In this document: piece after piece, positions 1 through 15,604 of the stretch
How positions within the stretch are numbered: the first letter of the stretch is position 1
Layout: every line of letters starts with the position of its first letter
DNA from: the human T2T-CHM13v2.0 reference genome, Homo sapiens
Direction: 5' to 3' (one strand)
NCBI RefSeq assembly: GCF_009914755.1
Contig: NC_060930.1
DNA: 64,000 bases
Position numbers and translations under genes: made by a program
Notes under the pieces: generated by a model
The model's database searches: none
What the model saw: only the letters and a program-made list of their open reading frames with translations
Told to the model about the DNA's origin: nothing

Positions 1-55
1 GATACCCTAGGCTGCTAATTTTTTTTTCTTTTGTTATCAGTATCTTAAGAAATTA

Positions 56-431
<376 letters not shown>

Positions 432-1494
432 CTAAGAACGTACAGCCCCCAAAGCCCACACATGTTGTCAAAGCTCACTACATTTACCTAGAGAGTTTCC
501 TGTAGTCTCCTCTTTCAAGTATTTTAAATAATGCGTAATTTCTTCATGTAACTGAAACATGTTAATGTTGAGTTGGCACAGGAAGAAAAGTTTTGATTTA
601 CTCAGAACTGGGATTTGTGTGGGTCATTTCCTAGTCCTCCTAAGTATTTAACAAATGTAAAATGTAACACACAATTAAATAAGCTACCCAAGCCAAATGA
701 ACTGGTGAGTGCATTATAAATAGCAACCAAAATTATTCTTCAGTTGTTAACTGGTATGTCCTGATTTAATAATGAATTACATCATTTGACAAATGAGATA
801 AGACTTCCACCTTTAGCTTTCTGATCCAAACTTCTAATAGTTGAAATGTATTATTACCATCTGGTGTCTGGCCTCTGAAATGCCCTGGCGATATCTGCCT
901 CATTTCAAGTAGTTGGGGCTTGCATATGCCAGCAAAGCACTCTCCGAAGTGTCTTGATTGGCAGGCCCAGAGAGAAGGCTAAGAACCGAATGAACCATGG
1001 AGATATAGCTCCAGCTCTGTAGAAGTTTCCTCTGGTTCAAGGCAGACTCATTTTCTTAGTTTGTGCAGCAAAAAAATTGTCATGATCGAAGTTGTTTTTA
1101 TTTTGGATCTCAATCCTGAAGGATGCAATTCCTATACTTACCAAGAATGTTTCCATCTGTTTTAAATTATTTCACTCCTTTTACAAACTGGCAATAATTT
1201 TAACACCTTTTATTTTCAGTGAAAATAATTCGAGAATGAAGCTGAGAATGATACATAAGCCTAGAGTTTTAACTCAGTGAAGTAATATGATTCTGACAGT
1301 TCTTTATTTTTTCCACATTGTGTTAGATTCCTAGTAAAAAGGGAAGATGAATCTTATTGCTTTCAAAAACCTGACAATATGGTATGTAGGACAGAATGAA
1401 CATACATAGAACAATATCCAATAACACAGATGAAGGTGTCAAAGCCATTGCCAGACAGAGTGGTGCAGATTGTGAGATCAGTTTTCTTGGTAAG

Positions 1495-2278
1495 TGTTAT
1501 GGACTGAATGTTGGTATTCTCTAACATTCATAGATTATAATCTAATCCCCAATGTGATGGTAGCACTATCTGGGGGTGAGACCTTTGGGAAGTAAAGGTC
1601 TTTTTCTCTCCACACCTGACCAAAAGTAGGAGCTCAACAAATGTATGTGCACTGAAATGGAATGGGGGCAAACAGCCTGGTGGTATAGTACAAAGCAAAA
1701 TTTGGTTATGGTAGGAGCAGTACAGATACATCTGGATCACAATCTAAATTCTCTCCAGGGACCAAATACATAGATTTACCCCTTGGGTTATTGGTCTGGT
1801 AGACTCTTAATTTTTAATAGGGTTTATATAATCTAGACTTCTTATAACCTCTGCCCCACTGGATATAGGTATTACTCAGTTGAAGTTAAAAATTGAATAT
1901 AGGATTATATGCAATGCTTTATCTATAACTTTCTTGTAAGGATAAACTCAGTACATCTCTGGTTTTCTAATATTTTGGAGGAAATGTTACAAATAGGTAA
2001 GGAAAGTTTGAGCCTCATTTACGCATGAGGGTGGACCCCTCCTGAATGAGATTAATGTCCTTATAAGAAAAGGCCAGAGAGCTAGCTCACTCTCTTTCAG
2101 CATGTGAGGACACAAGAAGCCCAGAGTCTGCAACCTGAAAGAGGGCCCTCACTAGAACCCAATCATGCTGACGCTGTGATCTTGGACTTTCAGGCTCCAG
2201 AACTGTGAGAAATAAATTTCTGTTGTTTATAAGCCATCCATTTCATGACAATTTGTTATAGTGGCCTGAACAAAGACA
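1495..2278 (+). mobile_element. MaLR LTR (MLT1A/MST-like), interrupted by a 416-bp insertion at 1600-2015
   Basis: Starts tgttatggactgaatg, resumes catgagggtgga at ~2024, contains ccagaactgtgagaaataaatttctgttgtttataagcca, ends aagaca. Confidence 0.8.
1600..2015 (-). repeat. Inverted copy of 4891-5306 (~95% identity)
   Basis: Hand alignment: about 21 differences in 416 bp; the ORF track shows near-identical peptides at 1528..1740(-) and 5166..5375(+). Confidence 0.95.
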
Positions 2279-3082
2279 ATAGGTATAAAAGAGAATTGAT
2301 AAAGATGAAATTTAGGAATACAATTAGAAGTGAAATGCAAATAACAAGAGGGTGACCCCGGAGTAGAAAAGTGTCTGTGTCTGGTAGATTTGAATAGTTT
2401 ACAAATGCCAAGCCTGTGCAAAATAGGAGTTACCAATATTAATGGCTGCATCATTACAAGGTGTATCCAAAAGACACTTAAGATTAAGTCTGTGTTTGTC
2501 AGTGGGGAGGTGAGAGTAGGAAATGTTAAATAACCTGCCCTTTGTCACTCAGCCAACAAGTAAGAGAGCAGGGAATCAAGTTCAGATCTAAGTCCTCTAA
2601 AGTTATTCCCCAAACTCCTCACAGCTTCACTTAATAACCATTTCCTGCTTTGGTTGACTTTACAAAGATGACCATACATTTGAGAGCAAAAGGGGAAGCT
2701 ATGAATCATTACATCTGGACAAATGGCATGAATCAAGATCATCCACTGCCAACTAGAGTGTATGTTCATCTTCTGTCTATATATCTTCATTCCCAGACAT
2801 CTACCAGACATCCAGTGACTTATCTGAGAAGTACACTTGGAGGTCAGTTTCTTGGAGTAAATTGATCAAAGTGTTAAAATTCTGGAAAGTTATTGTATTT
2901 TAAAATAGTTCACACAAAAAAATAGTACAATGAAATGAATCACTATTAGTGGAATTTCAGGCCCTCAGGTACCTGATAATAAGAACTCTTTCAAAACAAC
3001 ATAACTTTCCTGGTACCTGTCAAATCACAATTTCTATATGAGATATGGCCAGCTGGGTATTCAAGGATAATTGGTCAGCTAC

Positions 3083-3976
3083 TGTGATGATTAATATGGA
3101 GTGTCAACTTGTTTGCATTGAAGGATGCAAAGTATTGTTCCTGGGTTTGTCTGTGAGGGTTGTATTAGTCTGTTTTCATGACACTGATAAAGACATATCT
3201 GAGACTGGGCAATTTACAAAAGAAAGAGGTTTATTGGACTTTCAGTTCCACATGGCTGGGGAGGCCTCACAATCATGGTGGAAGGTGAAAAGCACATCTC
3301 ACATGGCGGCAGACAAAAGCAGAGAGCTTGTGCAGGGAAACTCTCATTTTGAAAACCATCATATCTCATGACACTTATTCACTATCATGAGAACATCATG
3401 GGAAAGACCTGCTCCCATGATTCAATTACCTCCCACTGGGTCACTCCTACAACACGTGGGAATTCAAGATAACATTTGGGTGAGGATACAGCCAAATCAT
3501 ATCAAGGGTGCTGCCAAAGGAGATTAACATTTGAGTCAGTAGACTGGAAGAGGCAGACCCACCCTCAATCTGAGTGGTTACCATCTAAGCATCTGCCAAT
3601 GCAGCTAGAATAAAGCAAGCAGAAGAAAGTGGAATGAGAAGACTTGCTGAGTCTTCTGGTCATCATCTTTTCCCCATGCTGGATGCTTCTTGCCCTTGAA
3701 CATCAGACTCCAAGTTCTTCAGCTTTCAGACTCTTGGACTTAGAGCAGTGGTTTGCTAGGGGCCCTCAGGCCTTCAGCCACAGACTGAAGCCTGCACTGT
3801 CGACTTCCCTACTTTTGAGGTTTTGGTACTTGGATTGGCTTCCTTGCTCCTCAGCTTACAGCTGGCCTATTATGGGACTTCACCCTGTGATCGTGAGTCA
3901 ATTATCCTAATAAACTCCCCTTCATATATACATATATATTATTAGTTCTTACCTCTAGCGAACCCTGACTAATACA
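3083..3976. mobile_element. MLT2A-like ERVL LTR, split by a THE1 LTR
   Basis: tgtgatgattaatatggagtgtcaacttg...; resumes ccaaaggagattaacatttgagtcagt; ends gaaccctgactaataca. Confidence 0.85.
3161..3504 (-). mobile_element. THE1 solo LTR
   Basis: tgtattagtc...cagccaaatcatatca with 5-bp TSD agggt (3156-3160 and 3505-3509). Confidence 0.92.
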
Positions 3977-4890
3977 GATTTCTAGATGTACAGATGGATT
4001 GAGAGGCAAACACTCTAAATTAACAAGGCAGAAATGAAAGAGCTGTTCTGCCCAAGATCTTCAGCACTGCTCAGACCTCTATAAGAATTTCTTATCCAGT
4101 TCAAAACTTATCAACTTAAGAAAAATATAGAAAATTTGTAAAGCATTCAGAAGAAACTAAAGACTAAAGCAAAATGATATGTTCAAATACTTAACACTGC
4201 CAAAATGTAATGCATTTCAATAAAGTGATATATGTCCTTAACTCACACAAATTAATAAATGTCTAATAGACATACATATGGGAAGTGAATATCAAATGCC
4301 TGTGTACTATTTGTATAAAATCTAAGTTAAAACTCATTTCCATCCCAAAGATGTGTGATATGTAAAATAATATTCTACGTATTTTGTTTAATTTTGGGGG
4401 GTCATTTAAGATTTTTTTATTTGCAGAAAAAAGATGCTACAAACAAAATTAATGGGAAAAAACAAAAATTAGTACCAAAAGAGGAAACGAGGACAAGGAA
4501 AAACACGAGCACATAGAAAAATGTAAAAATACTCAAGCCAGGCTCAGAGAACCAGCATCCCTGACAGCAAGTGTTGTTAAACATCCACGTGGGTTGCTAA
4601 GGAAGGTTAGGGAATCTCCCTTTCCCAGAAGTCTTTAAAAATAGGATAACATCTGTTTGGATGGGATAATGGTGGTACTGCTTGACTTGGCAGCTTCTTA
4701 AGCAAACCTATGGTTTGGTAATTCTACCATTTCTATTTCTGATTTGAAAAGTAACAAATAACTTCAGTTCACCTAGAAAATTGGGCCTTATAATGACTTG
4801 TAATATTGTCTTATAAAACTATTTTCATTGTCATTAATAGTGCAAAGGTAGATAATTGAGGTTTTCAGAGTATACTTGAATTTGCAGCCA

Positions 4891-5306
4891 AGGCTCAAAC
4901 TTTCCTTATCTATTTGTAACATTTCCTCCAAAATATTAGAAAACCAGAGATGTACTGAGTTTATCCTTACAAGAAAGTTATAGATAAAGCATTGCACATA
5001 ATCCTATATTCAATTTTTAACTTCAACTGAGTAATGCCTGTATTCAGTGGGGCAGAGCTTATAAGAAGTCTAGATTATATAAACCCTATTAAAAATTGGA
5101 GTCTGCCAGACCAATAACCCAAGGGGTAAAACATATATATTTGGTCCCTGGAGAGAATTTAGACTGTGATCCAGATGTATCTGTACTCCTCTTACCATAA
5201 CCAAATTTTGCTTTCTACTATACTACCAGACTGTTTGCCCCCATTCCTTTTCACTGCACATATATTTGTTGAGCTCCTACTTTTGGTCAGGTGTGGAGAG
5301 AAAAAG
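4891..5306 (+). repeat. Probable donor of the inverted duplication at 1600-2015
   Basis: An L2-like relic (tatttgttgagctcctac...gtccctgcccttgagga) continues past 5306 here but is cut off in the copy. Confidence 0.9.
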
Positions 5307-5626
5307 CCCACAGTCCCTGCCCTTGAGGAACACATAATCCAAAAAAAAATGCATGGGTGGCTCCAGGTGTTGTAGGGTCTTAGGCAAGTATAATTTTGGA
5401 CATGCATTTTAAGAAAAAGAATACAAAATTACAAATGCAGAATTACTAATAAAAGTGAATATTTATTGTATAGAGAAAATTAATCACAACAAATTACAAG
5501 TTTTAGCATTCTCACAAATGCCAGAAATACCACAAAATCTCAGAAAAAAACCTATATTTTGTATTAATTAGCTGACTGATCACATGTATAATTCTACGTG
5601 TTCTACTTTTGGTTGCATATTGTTGA

Positions 5627-5938
<312 letters not shown>

Positions 5939-6868
5939 AAGAATTGTTTATATTATTTTCTATACAGAGAAAACAGTGATAATTTATTCAGTCATTCCTT
6001 TGGCATGATTGAAATTTGTTTTCTTTCTGGCTCACAACTCTTTAATAATTATAAGTAAGTTTTCAGGATTGTTGTCAAGTACAGGAAAACTTCAGTCAAA
6101 TTTCTTTCATATATGAACTGCAAGAGCTATAAGATTTCAGGGCATTGATAATTTTCTTGCATGTAAGTAATTTTAAATACTCTTTCAATTGATGTTACTC
6201 ATTAACCAGCTTGTCACTGGTGTCCTTGTTGTAATGGTGTAGTGTGAGTTCAATTTTATCTCTGTCAATGTCAGGATTGTGTATCAAATTTGAAAGAAAT
6301 TTAAGTATTTTCTCAAAGAGTTCATGTGATTCAGTCCTCTGGGTTAAATGTGTTATCAAAAACTAAAAAGCCCATTCAGTACTTCCCTCTTCCTGTTAAT
6401 GAATTATTGCTCTTTGTATTATCTAAAAATATTTCTGTTACAATTTACTTCTTGATGTCAAAGTGATTTCTATTTGACTTTATCTCTCAATTGTTTTTTC
6501 ATATCCTATCAAATTTCATCTGCATTTTCTCCCAGTTTCTTATTACATTAATTCATAGATGACAAAAGAGTTACTCTTCATATATGCCCATATTAGGAGT
6601 CATTGATTTCTGTGGGTTTTTAATTGAAAAGATCCAAAACATCTATGCAAATTCCAGTTAAAATGAAGTATTTATGTCTTATTAATTTTTTGAATAATCT
6701 GTTCACTTCTTGTTTTTGTTACTCTTCCATGACTTTAAAAATATATTTCAGGGTCATTAAATTGCACTGTACAATGTTTTAAGACTTGAGCAGCTTTAGT
6801 GTGGGCAAACCAAACCATGTTGTTACCTTTAGACTCTTAAAAGAAATACTCTTGTTGGCATTTTAAAA

Positions 6869-7695
<827 letters not shown>

Positions 7696-8009
7696 TGGCA
7701 TATGTATTTTACGTACTCCCTCTATAAGAAAAACACAAAAACAAGACATGTAATTGTTGCACAATACTGAAGTGGCCCAAGAATTAGGGTTCCTTAAAGG
7801 AAGCCTTCTTCCACCTGTATTGATCATCCATGGTATTGATCATCCATGGCTCCTCACCAGGCATCATTCTTTGGGTCAGCTAGGCAGAATGACTTGCTGC
7901 TCCCTGAGTATGTGATGCAGTCTCTTCCCTATGAGTCTCCCTACTAGGTACTTCCTCTGACTGGCTGCTCTGCTCTCATCCTTTACCTGCCCTGTCTAAT
8001 CTTAAAGAC

Positions 8010-8285
8010 TGGATTTAATCATTTTCATCTCTGGGAGGCCTTTCATACCACCCTCCCCAAACCCCCATCATCACTGTCAAGGTTGAATTAAGTGTCTCTT
8101 CTCTGTGCTCCCATAGAAACTCAGGTTTTTCTCTATAACTGCTAGTCTATTTGTCTATCTCCACTGCTAGACTATAAGCTCCTTATGGGTGGAATCCTGT
8201 TCACTGTTATGATCTATTGCCTAGCAAAGTTCTTGACCCAGAATAGGTGCCTGACAAGTATCAATTGAATCCATGAATAAATAGT
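8010..8285 (+). mobile_element. L2 3' fragment
   Basis: ctagactataagctcc...taggtgcctgacaagtatcaattgaat...gaataaat. Confidence 0.6.
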
Positions 8286-9539
8286 TGAGCAGGTTTGATG
8301 TTGTTGGCATTGGGTGAAGTTTATTTATACTTTATGATATTCAGGTAGAAATAGGTTGTTAGTTGTATAGGTCTGGAGTTCAAATATTGGGCTTACGGGC
8401 AGGAGGAGGACAAGAGGTATGGATATGGGAACTCCCCTTACTTTCAGTCACATTGTATACAGGTAAGAACTGAAAGTTTGGGATTCAATACAAATACTTG
8501 AGGAAAGTTTCCAGTTTTGAAGATAATTAAGAGAGAATGAGAGAAGGGGCCAAATTGCAGTAGATTATGGTGTAAATGAAAAGAGAAGGGGAGAAATGCA
8601 AACAGTATAGACAGATAATTCAAGAATTTTGGTGCTGAGATTCCAAGTAGAGCAATTACAATATGTCCCAACAAACAGATGAGATTGGATAATGTTGTTT
8701 CTTTCACTTTTATTTTTGTTAGTTTAAGAAGGAAAAGACAGCTAAGACTATCGAAGGACCAGTGTCATTGGACAGAGGAAATTCTGTGACAGGTATGAGA
8801 AGATACAAATGAGACAAATTTAGTTCATATAAAGTTTTTACTGAGGTCTCACACCATTAAGTCATGATATGAGTTGGTTGGTTTGTTTGTGTCATGAATA
8901 GGGACTGCCTGACACTGTATTTTCACTTCAAGGCATTGATTAAGTTGGGGGTCAAAAGTACTTAGGTGACTCAAAGCAGAAGCCTTTATCCATAATGAGT
9001 AGAACTCAGTGAAGGCTGTATGAGAAGTTTGAATTTCCAACAGGAACTTCATGTGTTTGTTCTACTTCTTGTATTACAGATCTCATAGTGCTAAGAGAGG
9101 CCATTTTATAATGGGTTTGAGGAAAATAATAACATTTGGAGCTGGAAATAAGCTTCGAGATGATCTTGTCCAGTAGCTAGGAGACTTTATTTCATGGTTG
9201 GGACACTGCTTAGGCATCATCTCTTCTGGGAATCCTTCCTTGGGATGTGAATAAACACTTTAAAAAAAGTCACAGGCAACTCTTCTGTCCTCCTGGAGTT
9301 TTCATAAGGCTTATGATAATTAAATGTACATGTTAAAGCCTCTTAGAAGTTCTACAGTAAATAAACCAATTTAATTCTGATTCACAAAATAGTTTTCCAT
9401 CTTATTTGTACCTGGAAACCATCATACTCTTATTTTGTGGACACTTATATGCATCCAAGAAAGTCTTTTAAGAATCACTAATCTAATCTACTAATCCTTT
9501 CATTCAGACAGAGTCCAAGTCAGTATTTTTATCTCCTTA

Positions 9540-10050
9540 TTTCACGTATTTAAACTTAATAGCTGAAAACAATTTTATGATCTTGGTTGACTGGGATGAT
9601 CTGGGATGACTGGGATGTTCCACATAATGTTAGCTGGGACTGCAGTTAGCTGTGGCTTGACTGATGCCTCTGCACAGATGCTGGGAGGCTGAGTGCAGCC
9701 CTGGATGCAGGCATGGCTGGCTTCTCCCTCCCCATCTAGTTTCAGGCCTCTAGCTCTTCACCTGTGCTCACCACACGTTATACCTCCTTATGGTGTCTTC
9801 ATAAGGTAAGCAGACAATTTAGATAGTGGCTCAGGGTACCTGAAAGTACAAAATCAGAAACTTCTGACACTTTCTTCAGGTTTAGACTCAGAACTGGAAT
9901 AACATCCCTTCTATCACATTATATTGGTTAAAGCAGTCACAGGGCCAGCCCAGATTCAAAAGGAGCAAAAACAAACTCTACCTTTCCATCAGGTGGTGTG
10001 CACGGAAGGAGAGATGACAAATAATTTACGGTCATATTTAATCCATCACA
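9540..10050. mobile_element. Old MLT1-type MaLR LTR
   Basis: tcacattatattggttaaagcagtcacagggccagcccagattcaa motif. Confidence 0.55.
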
Positions 10051-10240
10051 CTTCTCATGGGCTTTTAGCATATTGTGAGATAAAGAACCTGTACCCTGAC
10101 ACTGTAAAATTCCCCAGATAACTCTAAATACCTAAGCTTCTTGGCATCACAGAGATAGCTGGGTCCATTGATATCTTCCCTAATATCCAGGATCAGTATG
10201 TTAGGCAAATGGCCAATAGGACCCAGATCCAAACACATCA

Positions 10241-10560
<320 letters not shown>

Positions 10561-10604
10561 TGGGAAATATTGAAAGACTGACACTAGTTCTAATGGTCTG
10601 AACT

Positions 10605-10823
10605 AGAGGTGAGCAAACTACATTCTGTAGGCCAAATCCACCTACTGCTGGTTTTTGTAAATAACATTTTGCTGGAACACTGCCACACCAATGCATTTGT
10701 CTATTGTCTATGGCTGCATTTGTGCTAAAAGTCAGAGTTGAATAGTTGCGACTAAGACCATCTGGCTTGCAAACCTAACATACTGATCATCTGGCCCTTT
10801 ACATTAAAAGTTTGCCAGCCCCA
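10605..10823 (+). mobile_element. MER58A-like hAT-Charlie DNA transposon
   Basis: gcaaactac...ggccaaatcc...tttttgtaaataa...tattgtctatggctgc...tctggccctttaca...aagtttgcc. Confidence 0.8.
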
Positions 10824-11527
10824 TTCTAGACTATATAAGCATTACAAAATGATGCCCACTTCATTGTGATTTGACTCTATCTATACATTAGGAAATGTGG
10901 AATATTAGCAAGCTATAAAACAGTTTCAATGGAGATAAAAATTATTGTACTGTTGCACGTATCAACAGAACACTCTTATTGCTGCTTGTATTCTATTTGA
11001 TTATTGTAAATAAAGCTATTATGAACATTTATGTGCAGGTCTTTGAAGGAATATATGCTTTTATTTCTCTTGGGAAAATATGTAAGAGTTAAATGACTGG
11101 ATCATGTGGTCAGGATATCTTTAACTTTTTAAAAAATTGCCAATATGTTTTCCAAATATTCTTATCAGCAGTTTAAGAGGGTTCCTGTTCCACCACATCC
11201 TTGTCTGCACTTGCTATAGTCAGTCCTTTAATTTTAGCCACTGTAATAGGTATGTAGTAGAATCACACTGTAGTTTTAACTTGCATTTTTCTAATGACTG
11301 ATGATGTTTATCATCTTTTCATATGCTTATTTGACATCCACACACTTCTTTGATGAAGTGTCTGTTGAGATTTTTTGCCCATTTTCAAAAATTGAGGGTT
11401 TCTTATCGTTGAGTTTTGAGAACTCTTTATATATTTTGGGTAGAAATTCTTTATCAGATATGTAAATTATAAATATTTTTTCTAGTCTATGATTTGTCTT
11501 TCATTCTCTTTTGAAGAGAAGTTTTAA

Positions 11528-11842
11528 GGCCAGGCATGATGGCTCACACCTGTAATCCCAGCACTTTGGGAGGCTGAGGCAGGTGGATCATGAGGTCTGG
11601 AGTCTGAGACCAGCCTGGGCAACATAGTGAAACCCCATCTTTACTAAAAATACAAAAAAATTAGCCAGGTATGGTGGTGGGTGCCCATAATCCCAGCTAC
11701 TTGGGAGGCTGAAGCAAGGAGAATCACTTGAACCTGGGAAGCGGAGGTTGCAGTGAGCCAAGATCATGCCACTGTACTCCAGCCTGGGCAAGAGTGCGAG
11801 ACTCTGTCTCAAAAACAAAAAAAACAAAAAAAGATAAATAAA
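11528..11842 (+). mobile_element. AluS-like SINE
   Basis: Full Alu; TSD aagagaagtttta. Confidence 0.95.
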
Positions 11843-11880
11843 GAGAAGTTTTACATTTTTATGAAGTTCAGTATATCCAT

Positions 11881-12544
<664 letters not shown>

Positions 12545-12999
12545 TCAAAGGTCACAAACATTTCTGCTTATATTTTCTTCTAGAGGTGTGATTGTTTTAG
12601 GTTTTACATTTAGGTCAATAATCCATTTTGAGTTAATTTCTTTAATAAGGCACAAGATACGGTTTCAAGTTTATTTTCTTTTTTGGCATATGGGCATCCA
12701 ATGATTCTAATATCACTTATTGAAAACACTATCCTTCCTCCATTAAACTGCATTTGCCCCTTTGTCAAAGATCAGTTGTCATTATTTTTGTATCTGGACT
12801 CTCTGTTCTGTTCCACAGATTTGTGTGTCTTGATGCCAGTACTGCAGTATTCTGATTACTGTAAATCTTGACATCAGAAAATATTAGTTCTCTATTTTTT
12901 TCTTTTTCAAAGCTGTTGCAGGCATTTTATGTCCTTTGTATTTCCATACTAATTTTAGAGTCAGTTTGTCAATTTCTGCCTGTAGCTTTGTTGAACAAA

Positions 13000-14645
13000 T
13001 CCCATACACTCCAATGACTTGCTACTTTATGTAGCTGCCCCTCTCTGACTGAGGTTGTTCTCGGCCTGTAGACACATGCGCAATCCAAATGCTGGCAGGC
13101 CAGAAGTGCCTAGGAATGAATACCCCCAGGAACAACTCTCAACCACTAAGAGGCGTGAGTTGGAAAACAAATATCTAAACTTTCTTGTCCCTTTGGAGCT
13201 ATTCTGAGGTGTGACTTAGGGTCTCCGAGGTTTCTAGCAAAACCAAGCTTCAATTGCCCACTCATTAACATATTAACATATCTTTTATTTACATATCTAC
13301 CTTGATTTTCTCACTTCTCCACTACCTATTTATCTATTATTTCATTTTCACGTGGCTGATAAAGACATACCCAAAACTGGGAACAAAAAGAGGTTTAATT
13401 GGACTTACAGTTCCACATGGCTGGGGAGGCCTCAGAATCATGGCAGGAGGCGAAAGGCTCTTCTTACATGGTGACAGCAAGAGAAAAATGAGGAAGAAGC
13501 AAAAGTGGAAACCCCTGATTGACCCATTAGATTTCATGAGACTTAATCACTATCCTGAGAGTAGAATGGGAAAGACCAGCCCCCATGATTCAGTTACGTC
13601 CTCGTGGGTCCCTCCCACAACACATGGGAATTCTAGGAGATACAATTCAAGTTGAGATTTAGGTGGGGACACAGCCAAACTATATCACTCACTGGGCTGC
13701 GTAGAACCATTTGAACTCAAATTCTTATCTCAGGGTCTGCTTTTGGTACCTGATCCAAGATTGTTGGTACCAGGAATGGTTCTAGAAGGGAGAACCTAGG
13801 AATGAAACTCTACAATGAAATAATGAACCTGAACTCCTTCTAATACCAGAAGACTCAAGGTACTCTCATAGCTCCCCAGTTACATTGTGGACAAAACAGA
13901 AGACAGGCAATAAATGGAATCCTGGACCAAATCCATCTCACAGTGGGTTCACAGACTCAACCTGTTCATGTTATCCCAGTCTCTGAGTGTCTCACCAAGA
14001 TGGACAGACTTAAGTGCTTGCAGAAGCCCCCTTTTGGTTTCTGACTTGTGAGATAAGTGATATACTAGTAGGAAAAGCTAAGTGGAAGCACATGAAACTA
14101 CTGCTTTCTCTCCAACCAGCCAAGACAGCAAATTGGAAGGAATACCACAAATTAGGCAGCAGGCAGTCATTAACAATACTCTCAGAGACTTACAGGATGC
14201 ACAGGTAATGTTTTCCATCATGTCCCTATTTAACTCATCATTATGGCTTCTATTAAAAAAAAAGAGAATGGAGGTGGAACATGGTGGATTATAGTGGACT
14301 ACTGTGAATGTAACCAAGGGAGGCCTCAGCCACAACTGCCATGCTATATATATGTGGCATCTTCCTAAAACAGATTAATACAGCCTCTGACACTTAATAT
14401 GCAGATATTGATCTGACCAATGCCTTTCATATCCCCATTAGAAAGGATGATCCATAGCAAGTTGCATTCACCTGGAGTGGTGGCCCGAATACTTATTTTA
14501 TTTTATTATTTGATTTTTTAGGTTTCCTTTTTTTTTCTAGTTTCATTTTCTCAGTTCCTCTACTCCTGTGATCACCTCCCAAATGCATAACTTGTAACCA
14601 AATCCTTATTTCAGAGTTTGCTTAAGGGGGAATCCAAACTAAAAT
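13000..14645 (+). mobile_element. Deleted ERVL provirus (LTR16 / ERV3-16A3-like): 5' LTR, PBS, pol remnant, partial 3' LTR
   Basis: LTR end tcttatctcagggtctgctt followed by tggtaccagga (~13765, ERVL tRNA-Leu-type PBS); 14398-14481 translates YADIDLTNAFHIPIRKDDP*QVAFTWSG (RT motif); second LTR end aaatccttatttcagagtttgctt at ~14600. Confidence 0.7.
13335..13687 (-). mobile_element. THE1 (C-like) solo LTR nested in the LTR16-like element
   Basis: gctgataaagacataccc...ggggacacagccaaactatatca. Confidence 0.9.
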
Positions 14646-14759
14646 AGTAATTAATTACCTTAGTGAAATCTTTTGGTGAATATAAATATATAAAAATATC
14701 AACAATTTCAATAAATCTAAATGAATTAAACTCATCAAACTTTCTGATTAAATTTTAAA

Positions 14760-15560
14760 GAAGATATACAAACCGCCAACAAACATATGAAAAAATGCTC
14801 AACATCACTAATCATCAGGGAAATGCAAATCAAAACCACAGTGAGATGCCACTTTACTCCTGCAAGAATGGCCATAATTAAAAAGTCAAGAAACAATAGA
14901 TGTTGGCATGAGTGTGGTAAAAAGGGAACACTTTCACACTGCTGGTGGAATGTAAATTAGTACAACTACTACGGAAAACAGTATGGGGATTCCTTGAAGA
15001 ACTAAAAGTCAATCTACCATTCAATCCAGCAATCCCACTAGTGGGTATCTACCCAAAGGAAAAAAGTTATTATATGTAAATGATATATGCATACACATGT
15101 TTATGGCAGCACAATTCGCAATTGCAAAGATATGGAACTAACCCACCTAAGTGCTCATTGACCAATGAGTGGATAAAGAAAATGTGGTATATTTACACCT
15201 TGGAATACTACTCAGCCATAAAAAGGAATGAAATAATGTCTTTTGCAACAACTCGGATGGAGCTGGAGGCCATTATTCTAAGTGAAGTAACTCAGAAATA
15301 GAAAACCAAATACCCTATGTTCTCACTTATAAGTGGGAGCTAAGCTATGAGAATGCAAAAACATATAGAGTGATATAAAGGACTATGGGAACTTGTGGTG
15401 GGGAGGTTGGGAGGAAGGTGAGAGATAAGAGACTGCATATTGGATACAGTGTACACCGTTAGGGTGATGGGTGCACTAAAATCTCAGAATATACTACTAT
15501 AGAACTTATTTGAGTAACCAAAACCACCTGTACCCCAAAAGCTATTGAAATAAAAAAAAT
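14760..15560 (+). mobile_element. L1PB-like 3' end
   Basis: ORF2 C-terminus (ORF 15080..15301 WIKKMWYIYTLEYYSAIK), L1PB-type 3'UTR and A-tail. Confidence 0.85.
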
Positions 15561-15604
15561 TCCAGATATGTGGCTTTTATAAGAGACATACTAAAGCATA
15601 GGAT

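Noticed and set aside
1210-1496. Possible exon (acceptors at 1219 and 1326, donor ttg|gtaagt at 1490)
   Set aside because: Motifs only, with no recognisable reading frame or promoter context; expected by chance.
1528-5375. Two paralogous ~70-aa ORFs suggesting a small gene family
   Set aside because: The similarity comes from the DNA-level inverted duplication; they have non-ATG starts and unrelated C-termini.
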